DNA of 32,000 nucleotides, taken from Vibrio vulnificus CMCP6. Lineage in GTDB: Bacteria; Pseudomonadota; Gammaproteobacteria; Enterobacterales; Vibrionaceae. The stretch covers positions 1,770,001 through 1,802,000 of the forward strand of contig NC_004459.3 of the NCBI RefSeq assembly GCF_000039765.1, written 5' to 3'. Under the pieces are notes generated by a model, which saw only the letters and a list, made by a program, of their open reading frames with translations, was not told where the DNA came from and ran no database searches. The first letter of the stretch is position 1. Every line of letters begins with the position of its first letter. This document shows positions 1 to 7,367 of the stretch, piece by piece. The translations under genes were made by a program, and so were the position numbers.

Positions 1-36
1 CGTTACAAGTTTTAATCGGCCTCATATGCCTATTTC

Positions 37-60
37 AAAGGGAGCATCATGCTCCCTTTT
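37..60. terminator. Hairpin overlapping the stop codon of the GGCT-like gene; possibly bidirectional
   Basis: AAAGGGAGCA-tca-TGCTCCCTTT is a perfect stem with the TGA stop codon (47-49, minus strand) in the loop. TTTTGTATT follows on the + strand and TTTGAAAT on the - strand. Confidence 0.45.
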
Positions 61-601
61 GTATTATGAGCGCGTCAATCAATGGATAGTGATGTGACTC
101 CACTCCAGCCAAATTGCCATATTTTGGCGCGTGGCGATCGTCTTCTTTAGGAAAATGCCAGCCTACGGTGTATTGCACAAAATGTTGGGCAAACGATTCG
201 GAGATCTCTAAGCATCCCGCGAGTACCGTATCGACATAAGTTTGCATGATTGGGCTAAGAGGGCAGGGTGGTTGCGGATCGTCTTTTACATACACCCAAA
301 TTGGATGAGCACGATTGAATGAGTGGTCGGTTTCTATCTGATCCGGCGTAATCTCAATGCGATGGTAGCCTCTCTCTCGGCGATCGAACTCCGCGAGCGC
401 ACGATCATCAATTTCCAGTAGCACACCATTCACTTGGCTCTCGCCACGGTTCACAACCAACGGTGAGAGAATGTAGCTGTCGTCGACTTTGCCCCAATAG
501 CGCACAAGGCCATGAGCAATCACCGGGATAGCCTCACCCGTTTGACCCGTCAATTGACGCGACGCAGCATTGATTAAGCTGCCATAACCAAAAATGTACA
601 T
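47..601 (-). CDS. Gamma-glutamylcyclotransferase-like (GGCT/AIG2/ChaC-fold) protein
   Basis: ORF 47..619. The N-terminal MYIFGYGSLIN matches the YGSL motif typical of the GGCT fold. I prefer the Met at 601 because AGGA lies 6 nt upstream; the ATG at 619 has AGGA only 3 nt away. Family assignment is from motif recollection only. Confidence 0.6.
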   Translation of the reverse strand: MYIFGYGSLINAASRQLTGQTGEAIPVIAHGLVRYWGKVDDSYILSPLVVNRGESQVNGVLLEIDDRALAEFDRRERGYHRIEITPDQIETDHSFNRAHPIWVYVKDDPQPPCPLSPIMQTYVDTVLAGCLEISESFAQHFVQYTVGWHFPKEDDRHAPKYGNLAGVESHHYPLIDALIIQKGA

Positions 602-658
602 CTGTATTCCTTGAGCCATATTCCTAATGACCGTTATACCTAAGAGGTAAAATTTTTA

Positions 659-681
659 AAGTTGTATTTTTAATGCATCTT
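659..681 (+). promoter_or_regulatory. NsrR-type operator (11-1-11 inverted repeat) in the nnrS / GGCT-like divergent control region
   Basis: AAGTTGTATTT-T-TAATGCATCTT compared with the remembered enterobacterial NsrR consensus AAGATGYATTT-N-AAATRCATCTT gives about 3 mismatches in 22 positions. It lies 55 bp upstream of the probable nnrS start. Confidence 0.5.
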
Positions 682-735
682 TAGTGCTACACTGCATTTG
701 TTGTGAATTTGCTCAGCATGTGGAGGGGGCGAAAC

Positions 736-1890
736 GTGCTAAATATTACTGACAAAAAAGTGGAAGAAAAAATTCCCGCTTGGCTGAGATTGGGTTTTCG
801 ACCTTTCTTTTTATTAGGCTCGGTGTACGCCATTATCGCTATTGCGGTGTGGGTATGGATTTTTCAAACCGGTCAGCCAACACAACTCCAAGTGCCAGGA
901 CTTTGGTGGCATGTGCATGAAATGCTGTTTGGTTTTGCGATGGCGATTGTGGCTGGGTTCCTTTTAACCGCGGTACAAAACTGGACGGGCATCAACGGCA
1001 CCAAACATTATCGTTTAGCACTGCTGGTGGCGCTGTGGTTGTTGCCGAGAATTTTGCTTTGGACGCCAACGCCACTGTGGTTAACCTCCAGCATTGAAGC
1101 GCTGTTTCTTGCTTTGGTGGCCTTTGAAATCGGTAGCCGAGTGGTGCAGGCCAAAGGTTGGCGTAATCTCTTTTTCGTCCCACTGTTTTTGTTGGCAATC
1201 GGTGCTAATTTTGCCAGCTATGCGACAATAAAAGGCATGCCGCCATTTACCTCTTCGGCGGTTTGGCAAGCGATGCTTTGGTGGTTCACCTTGCTGTTGT
1301 CGGTGATGGGGGCACGCGTGATCCCATTCTTTACCGCGCGTCGTTTTAACTTTGAAAAAGCCAATCCGATTGTTTGGCTCGATTGGGCGGCAAACTTACC
1401 TTTGGTGATGCTGTTTTTGCTCAGCTTTTTCCCAGTGACCATGGCACAGCTTGGCCAGCCGTTGATGGTGATCGCGGGTGTCGCGCAACTGGTGCGCTTT
1501 ATCCGTTGGAAACCTTGGCTGACCCTAAGTGAGCCGTTGGTTTGGTCGTTGCACGCCGCTTATCTGTGTTTACCGTTGAGTCTGCTGTTGCGCGGTTTGC
1601 TGGATAATCCGTTCGCGTCACACAACCTGATCCACTTGTTTGCGATTGGGGCTTTGGCTGGGCTTATTCTGGCGATGATTGCACGTGTCACCATGGGGCA
1701 CACCGGACGAATGATCTACCAAGGGCCGAATATGAGTCTGGCGTTTGGCGCACTCTTCCTCGCGGCTTTGGTGCGCAGTTTTGGCGTCATTTTTGCGCCA
1801 GCACAACTGTTTATCTGGATCGACATCAGTGCCGCGCTGTGGGTATTCGCGTTTACACTGTTTGCTGGAAGTTTGGTTATATGCTCGTGA
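736..1890 (+). CDS. nnrS: NnrS family heme/copper membrane protein (NO-stress associated); 3' end apparently frameshifted
   Basis: ORF 703..1890 is a polytopic membrane protein with the LGFRPFFL N-terminal motif typical of NnrS. The likely start is GTG 736, with GGAGG at 722-726. The final 9 codons (GSLVICS*) look aberrant; another frame continues FGYMLVTPRADGHPG* to 1919 (see findings). Confidence 0.8.
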   Translation: MLNITDKKVEEKIPAWLRLGFRPFFLLGSVYAIIAIAVWVWIFQTGQPTQLQVPGLWWHVHEMLFGFAMAIVAGFLLTAVQNWTGINGTKHYRLALLVALWLLPRILLWTPTPLWLTSSIEALFLALVAFEIGSRVVQAKGWRNLFFVPLFLLAIGANFASYATIKGMPPFTSSAVWQAMLWWFTLLLSVMGARVIPFFTARRFNFEKANPIVWLDWAANLPLVMLFLLSFFPVTMAQLGQPLMVIAGVAQLVRFIRWKPWLTLSEPLVWSLHAAYLCLPLSLLLRGLLDNPFASHNLIHLFAIGALAGLILAMIARVTMGHTGRMIYQGPNMSLAFGALFLAALVRSFGVIFAPAQLFIWIDISAALWVFAFTLFAGSLVICS

Positions 1891-1940
1891 CGCCGCGAGC
1901 CGATGGTCACCCGGGCTAAGCTCTGCATGATATAAACAGC

Positions 1941-1970
1941 AAAGCCACTCACGAGGAGTGGCTTTGTGTT
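1941..1970. terminator. Bidirectional rho-independent terminator between convergent nnrS and the ATP-grasp gene
   Basis: AAAGCCACTC-acgag-GAGTGGCTTT is a perfect 10-bp stem. TGTGTT ATT follows on the + strand, and the A-run gives a U-tract on the - strand. Confidence 0.7.
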
Positions 1971-2005
1971 ATTAAAAGCGTTTAAAAGCGTATTGACGTT
2001 GGATG

Positions 2006-3457
2006 TTAGAACCCGCGCATTTGAATGCGACGCAAGAACTCGGTCATCACGCGGTCATAGAGTAAATCGCCAAGGAAAGCATCTTCAACATGATGATCAA
2101 TACTTGGGTTGTCGTTCACCTCAATGACATACACTTGGCCATCCACTTCCTTAAGATCGACACCATACAGCCCATTACCAATCAAGTTGGCGGCTTTTAG
2201 CGCCACATCAACCACGTTTTTCGGTACTTGTTTCAAATCCAAGGTTTCAAAACCACCGGACGACACTCGACCACTATTGTGATGTTGGTAGATCTGCCAA
2301 TGGCCGCGGCTCATCATGTATTTACAGCTGAAAATCGCTTGGCGGTTCAAAATACCAATGCGCCAGTCAAAGTCAGTAGGCATAAAGGCTTGCGCCAAAA
2401 TCAGCTCACTTTTTTCAAACAGCGCTGTGGCTTCTTTTTCTAACTCTTCTTCGTTACGTACTTTCACCACGCCACGTGAGAATGCGCCGTCTGGAATCTT
2501 CAACACCATTGGGAAATCCAGCTCATTGAGCAGGTCACTTTTCCATTCTGGGTCGAAGTTTTTCAAAATAACGCTCGCTGGCGCGGGCACTTTGTTGTTT
2601 TTCAGCAACTCCGTGAGAAAAACTTTGTTGGTGCATTTCATGATCGACTCTGAGTCGTCCATCACCACTAAACCAAGCTTTTCTGCCGTTTTGGCAAAAC
2701 GGTAGGTGAAGTTACTGATGTTGGTGGTGCTGCGAATAAACAAACCATCAAACTCACCCAAACGAGAAATCTCATCTTTGGAGATGGTTTCTAAGTTCAT
2801 CCCCAAACGCGATGCCGCGCGTTTAAAGCGTTTCAACGCTTGTGGGCATGAAGGGGGCATTTTTTCTTCTTCATCGATCAGCATCGCGATGTCGTAGCGA
2901 TACTTTTTCTCTTGTTTTGGTTTACGCCAAACCTTGTTGGAGAACATCTCCAACGACTCAATAAAGAAGTTTTCTTCCGCGTCGCTGAGCTCTTGGAATG
3001 GAAAAGGCGCGACGGAGTCGATTTGCCAATGGTGCTGATTTTTGGTCATTTTTAATTCAATGACGGGCACCATAAATTGTTCAAACAGACGACGGGCGAG
3101 CTTCTCTAAACCTTTGTGTTCAGTACGGCCAAAGTAGATCTTACAGCGGATGCTGTCTTGCTCTTTCGCCAACTTGTTGAGCTTGAGGAATCCAGATGAA
3201 ATCAGCAGAGGTTGAGTGATGTCATTAATGGCCGTCACCGTCGGGATGACGCGGTGGCCGCGAGCCCCCGCCATTAGCGAACAATAGTAACCGCTGCTCA
3301 TGTAACCATAATCGCGACACAGGTTCACCACCTGCACGCTACGCTGATTGTGTTGCCAGTCACTGTCGAGATATTGGGCAACATCAACCACTTGTTCAGA
3401 TGGGAAATACTGCTGCCAGTCACTAGCTTGGTCAGTCACAATTAAAAGATTTGCCAT
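2006..3457 (-). CDS. RimK-like ATP-grasp amidoligase with a ~190-aa N-terminal extension (RLAN-type domain)
   Basis: 483-aa ORF. The C-terminal ~290 aa show RimK/ATP-grasp hallmarks (FPMVLKIPDGAFSRGV, ILAQAFMPTDFDWRIGIL, YGVDLKEVDGQVYVIEVNDNPS). The N-terminal region resembles the RimK-like ATP-grasp N-terminal domain as I recall it. Confidence 0.8.
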   Translation of the reverse strand: MANLLIVTDQASDWQQYFPSEQVVDVAQYLDSDWQHNQRSVQVVNLCRDYGYMSSGYYCSLMAGARGHRVIPTVTAINDITQPLLISSGFLKLNKLAKEQDSIRCKIYFGRTEHKGLEKLARRLFEQFMVPVIELKMTKNQHHWQIDSVAPFPFQELSDAEENFFIESLEMFSNKVWRKPKQEKKYRYDIAMLIDEEEKMPPSCPQALKRFKRAASRLGMNLETISKDEISRLGEFDGLFIRSTTNISNFTYRFAKTAEKLGLVVMDDSESIMKCTNKVFLTELLKNNKVPAPASVILKNFDPEWKSDLLNELDFPMVLKIPDGAFSRGVVKVRNEEELEKEATALFEKSELILAQAFMPTDFDWRIGILNRQAIFSCKYMMSRGHWQIYQHHNSGRVSSGGFETLDLKQVPKNVVDVALKAANLIGNGLYGVDLKEVDGQVYVIEVNDNPSIDHHVEDAFLGDLLYDRVMTEFLRRIQMRGF

Positions 3458-3523
3458 CTATTTCTTTCCTTAATAAACGAGCTATGATGAGGGTGCTTTC
3501 TCACTTATTCCTGAAGGTGTTAC

Positions 3524-4624
3524 ATGGATTTTCGTGTTGCGAAAATTGCCGATCTTGACGCGTTAAACCGATTGGAAAGGGAACTTTTCGTTGGTGATAG
3601 AATTGCACCAAGACAAATGAAGCGTTTCATCCAATCTGAACATGCCGTTTTGTTGGTGGCAGATAGTGGCCAACAGCTCGCGGGTTATGCACTGTTACTT
3701 TTTCATCAAGGAACACAACTCTCAAGATTGTATTCGATTGCCGTTAGACCTGAATTTCGGGGGCAGAAGATTGCTCAGTCGCTGATTGAACTCTGTGAGC
3801 AGTCAGCCATCGAACAGGGTTTCACTACATTACGCCTAGAAGTTCGTGAAGACAATAGTGCCGCAATAAATTTGTACAAAAAGCTGGGTTATCAAAAGCT
3901 TAAAATCCTTATTCACTATTATGATGACTTGAGTGATGGGATACGAATGCAGAAACGTTTGGCGCATTATGGGCCCAAAACTTTGCTGCCTATGCCGCTC
4001 TATGTGCAGACCACCCCTTTTACTTGTGGCGCGGCTTGTTTGTTGATGGCGTTTGCCCATCACGACGCCAGTTTTCAGCCATCACGTAAGCAGGAGTTGC
4101 AGCTTTGGCGCGAAGCAACCACCATTTTTATGGCCGCCGGACATGGCGGGTGCAGTGGGCATGGTTTGGCGTTAGCGGCTGCACGCCGAGGTTACACGGT
4201 AGAGCTGTGGAGTCATGCGAAATCGACGCCGTTTATTGACAGCGTGCGCGATGAAAATAAGAAGCAAGTGATTGAAATTGTGCATCAGGATTTCTGTCAG
4301 CAGTTAGAAGAATACCCTGTGAGCACCATTGAAGCGCCGCCATCGCAAAGCCAGTTGGAAGAATGGATCAGCATGGGCGCGAGCGTGTTGCTGCTGATCA
4401 GCACCTATCGATTTAATGGCAGCAAAGAGCCGCACTGGGTGCTGCTAAGTGGCATGAGTGAGCGTTTTTTCTTTATTCACGATCCCCACGCAGAATCGGA
4501 AGAAGAAGCGATGGCATCTGCGCACGTGACGGTGAGTAAAAAAGCGTTAGCGCAGATCATCGGCTTTGGTAAACAGAAACACACGGCCTGTGTGGTTATC
4601 CACCCAGACCGCGTAAAAGTGTAA
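3524..4624 (+). CDS. Fusion protein: N-terminal GNAT acetyltransferase plus C-terminal papain-fold (peptidase C39-like) cysteine peptidase
   Basis: 366-aa ORF. GNAT motif A is present (VRPEFRGQKIAQSLI). The C-terminal half carries a Q...TCGAACLLMA catalytic-Cys motif and a downstream EPHWVLLSG / IHDPH His/Asp pattern typical of C39-like peptidases. Confidence 0.75.
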   Translation: MDFRVAKIADLDALNRLERELFVGDRIAPRQMKRFIQSEHAVLLVADSGQQLAGYALLLFHQGTQLSRLYSIAVRPEFRGQKIAQSLIELCEQSAIEQGFTTLRLEVREDNSAAINLYKKLGYQKLKILIHYYDDLSDGIRMQKRLAHYGPKTLLPMPLYVQTTPFTCGAACLLMAFAHHDASFQPSRKQELQLWREATTIFMAAGHGGCSGHGLALAAARRGYTVELWSHAKSTPFIDSVRDENKKQVIEIVHQDFCQQLEEYPVSTIEAPPSQSQLEEWISMGASVLLLISTYRFNGSKEPHWVLLSGMSERFFFIHDPHAESEEEAMASAHVTVSKKALAQIIGFGKQKHTACVVIHPDRVKV

Positions 4625-4627
4625 GCA

Positions 4628-5557
4628 TCACCAGAATTTGAGCCGCTTGAGTAGTAACACTTCGGCGGCAAAAATGACCACCAACCCAATACAGAACCAT
4701 AAGAAGGCGAGTGGCGATTCCACACCGGGTATGCCGCCAATGTTGATACCGAGTAGGCCGGTGAGAAAACTGGTGGGCAAGAAAATACTGGCGATTAATG
4801 TAAACAGATAGCTGTTGCGGCTGATTTTGTCTTCGCGCAACTGCTGAATTTGTTCTTTGAGCAGCGCCAATTCACCCAGAAAGAAATCAATGGTTTCGTT
4901 AATGCGGGTAATGTTACTCAACGCGTAATTGAGCATCAGCTGCTTTTTCTCCAACAAACCCAGTTCGGCCATAGCGAAATCTGCAATGGCGTATTGCTGC
5001 GGGCGAATAAAGCGTTTGATCCTCAACAGCGCTTTTTGCACTTCAATGATGTCACCAATCTGATCGGTATCGAGTTCGAACTGCTCAATTTGTTCCTCAA
5101 TATCCAACAAATAGTGCTGCATTTTGCCGGTTAAACCATCAACAATCGCCAGCAAAAGATCGGCAATCGCCGCGGGACCTTTTTGCTCAACCAGCGCTTC
5201 GCGAATTTCAGAAATGGCTTTGGAGGATGTTTTGCGTGTGGAGATCAGGGTGCCATTGAAATAGAGAATCCGGATACTGAGCATATCTTCCGGCACAGCG
5301 TTTTCATTCATATTGACGCCACGCAAGATCAGCATAAAGCTGTCGTCGTCATAACGATGGAAAGAAGGGCGCGTTTCATCAGCCAATAGATGGTTCACGG
5401 TACTAAGTGGCACTTGGTTTTCGAGTAACCAAGCGCGAATGTCTGGGTGATGGCGTTCACAGTGGTACCAGTGATTCGCTTTTATCGTTTGAAAGTTGTT
5501 ATCTGGCTGGTTGGCTGGTGTGGTGGAAAAATCCCAGTGATCGATCAAAAATCCCAT
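4628..5557 (-). CDS. zntB: Zinc transporter ZntB (CorA superfamily)
   Basis: 309-aa ORF. The C-terminus FLPTSFLTGLLGINIGGIPG plus two TM helices aligns with the remembered E. coli ZntB ([20 protein letters not shown]). Confidence 0.8.
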   Translation of the reverse strand: MGFLIDHWDFSTTPANQPDNNFQTIKANHWYHCERHHPDIRAWLLENQVPLSTVNHLLADETRPSFHRYDDDSFMLILRGVNMNENAVPEDMLSIRILYFNGTLISTRKTSSKAISEIREALVEQKGPAAIADLLLAIVDGLTGKMQHYLLDIEEQIEQFELDTDQIGDIIEVQKALLRIKRFIRPQQYAIADFAMAELGLLEKKQLMLNYALSNITRINETIDFFLGELALLKEQIQQLREDKISRNSYLFTLIASIFLPTSFLTGLLGINIGGIPGVESPLAFLWFCIGLVVIFAAEVLLLKRLKFW

Positions 5558-5581
5558 ATCAAAGAGTCGCTTTGGTGATTG

Positions 5582-5616
5582 AAACTCACCCCAAGTTACG
5601 CGACTTGGGGGAGTTT
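5582..5616 (-). terminator. Probable glpD terminator hairpin
   Basis: AAACTCACCCCAAGT-tacgcg-ACTTGGGGGAGTTT is a 14-bp stem with one bulge, 39 nt past the glpD stop. The U-tract is weak (TTTCAAT). Confidence 0.45.
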
Positions 5617-5654
5617 GGCTACTCTAATCATTGTGCAAATATCTTAGGGAAAGA

Positions 5655-7196
5655 TCAGCTCGCCTGTTGCAATTGAGGCGACTGAGCGGTGGTATGCTTT
5701 TTTGCGATGTAGTTTTCCACACTTTGCACTTGCTCTGGAGTGAGGTAGAGGCCCAGTTTGGTTCGACGCCATAAAATATCTTCACTGCATTGCGCAAATT
5801 CATGCGCCATCAGGTAATCCAATTCTCGCTGGTAAACCTCTGGGGCAAGTTCGATGCCCATTGCTGATACCTCTTCTGCCCCCGCGAGCAATTGGCGTGC
5901 ATCGCTGCCGTATTGGCAGACATAACGGTAGGCTAAGGTTGCACTCAACCAAGGGTATTGTTGGCGCAACGCGTGGGCGAGCTGTTCTCGTGTACAGCTA
6001 AAATCACCGCCGGGGAGCGTTTGTTGCGCCGTCCACGGTGTGCCCATATGGTCGAAATAGGGCGCGAGTTTACGCATGGCAGACTCCGCCAACTTGCGAT
6101 ATGTCGTCAGTTTGCCACCGAAAATAGAGAGCAGCGGTGCTTGGTCAAGTTCTTGCTCCAGCTCGATGGTGTAATCACGCGTGATGGCTTGGGGGGAATC
6201 GGATTCATCATCGCACAGCGGTCGGACACCACTGTAAGTCCACACCACATCTTGTTTGCTCAGTTGGTGGACAAAATGCTGATTAACAATATCAATTAAG
6301 TAGTCAACTTCCTGTTCTGAAATCGCCACGTGGCGAGGGTCACCGGTGTATTCGACATCCGTTGTGCCGACAATTGAGAACTTATCCAGATAAGGAATCA
6401 CAAACACAATCCGCCCATCGTTGTTTTGCAGGATGTAAGCTTGCGGATCGGGATGTACGCGCGGCACGACAATGTGTGAACCTTTGATCAAACGAATGTT
6501 GCGTGGTGATGGGCCATCTAAACTGTCATCGTAAAATTGTTTCACCCAAGGGCCCGCAGCGTTGACTAAGGCTTTGGCGTAACGCACAAACTGTTCACCA
6601 TTTTGCTGATCTTCAATGGTGACTTTCCAAAGGCCGTCAACACGCTCAGCTTTGCTCACTTTGCAGTAATTACGCACTTCGGCACCATTGCGTTTGGCAC
6701 TGATGGCATTCAGTAGCGTGAGGCGAGCATCGTCGACCCAACAATCGGAATACTCAAAGCCAATTTTCATTTCCTCTTTCAGCAGCCCAGTTTCGGCAAG
6801 GTTCACCTTGTGACTGCTAGGCAGTGTGGTGCGCTTACCTAAGTGATCATACAAAAACAGCCCGCAACGAATCATCCACGCCGGGCGAAGATAGGAGCGG
6901 TGAGGCAGGCGAAAACGCATTGGAAAGGCAATGTGCGGCGCTTTTTTGATCAGCACTTCGCGTTCCGCCAGAGCTTCGGAGACCAAACGAAACTCATAAT
7001 GTTCCAAATAGCGTAAACCACCATGGATCAGTTTCGAGCTGGCTGAAGAGGTCGCCGAGGCAAAATCTTTGGCTTCAAAAAGTGCGACACTAAGGCCACG
7101 TCCTGCCGCATCTGCTGCGATGCCTGCGCCATTGATACCACCCCCGACAACTAAGATGTCGAGTGTTGATGTAGGTGTGGAGGAGTTGTTCTTCAT
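5655..7196 (-). CDS. glpD: Aerobic glycerol-3-phosphate dehydrogenase GlpD
   Basis: The ORF track gives 5655..7358. The FAD-binding DILVVGGGINGAGIA motif starts right after the Met at 7196. The 54 upstream codons cover a terminator and promoter-like AT-rich DNA, so I use 7196 as the start. Confidence 0.9.
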   Translation of the reverse strand: MKNNSSTPTSTLDILVVGGGINGAGIAADAAGRGLSVALFEAKDFASATSSASSKLIHGGLRYLEHYEFRLVSEALAEREVLIKKAPHIAFPMRFRLPHRSYLRPAWMIRCGLFLYDHLGKRTTLPSSHKVNLAETGLLKEEMKIGFEYSDCWVDDARLTLLNAISAKRNGAEVRNYCKVSKAERVDGLWKVTIEDQQNGEQFVRYAKALVNAAGPWVKQFYDDSLDGPSPRNIRLIKGSHIVVPRVHPDPQAYILQNNDGRIVFVIPYLDKFSIVGTTDVEYTGDPRHVAISEQEVDYLIDIVNQHFVHQLSKQDVVWTYSGVRPLCDDESDSPQAITRDYTIELEQELDQAPLLSIFGGKLTTYRKLAESAMRKLAPYFDHMGTPWTAQQTLPGGDFSCTREQLAHALRQQYPWLSATLAYRYVCQYGSDARQLLAGAEEVSAMGIELAPEVYQRELDYLMAHEFAQCSEDILWRRTKLGLYLTPEQVQSVENYIAKKHTTAQSPQLQQAS

Positions 7197-7219
7197 TTGA
7201 GCTGACCTAATGTTATTTT

Positions 7220-7233
7220 TGTTCGAACGAGCA
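7220..7233. promoter_or_regulatory. Candidate GlpR operator upstream of glpD
   Basis: TGTTCGAACGAGCA is an imperfect palindrome TGYTCG-AA-CGRGCA. It is 12/14 identical to the reverse complement of a site upstream of glpF (10861-10874). Its half-sites resemble the remembered E. coli GlpR half-site TGTTCG/CGAACA. Confidence 0.4.
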
Positions 7234-7318
7234 TTTTTGAAACTTAAATGAGCATAACTTAAGTTTCGAATGAGATCAGCTATTATTTTCGTTTGTGCTC
7301 GTTTGTGTGATTTGAACA

Positions 7319-7350
7319 CAAAAAAGCCCCGACACTCAGTGACGGGGCTT
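7319..7350 (-). terminator. glpR rho-independent terminator
   Basis: On the minus strand AAGCCCCG-t-CAC-tga-GTG-t-CGGGGCTT is followed by a TTTTTT run, 18 nt after the glpR stop. Confidence 0.65.
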
Positions 7351-7367
7351 GGAAACACGTTTTAAAT

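Noticed and set aside
1972-1991. Tandem 10-bp direct repeat TTAAAAGCGT x2 downstream of the ATP-grasp gene
   Set aside because: It has only two copies, is AT-rich and sits next to a terminator. It is most simply a slippage duplication with no evident function.
7306-7321. TGTGATTTGAACACA as a CRP site upstream of glpD
   Set aside because: The TGTG/CACA arms are separated by 7 nt rather than the canonical 8, so the right half-site is out of register. This is not convincing without a PWM score.
7197-7358. 54-codon N-terminal extension of glpD in the ORF track
   Set aside because: The extension spans the glpR terminator and an AT-rich promoter/operator region. The FAD-binding motif begins right after the Met at 7196.
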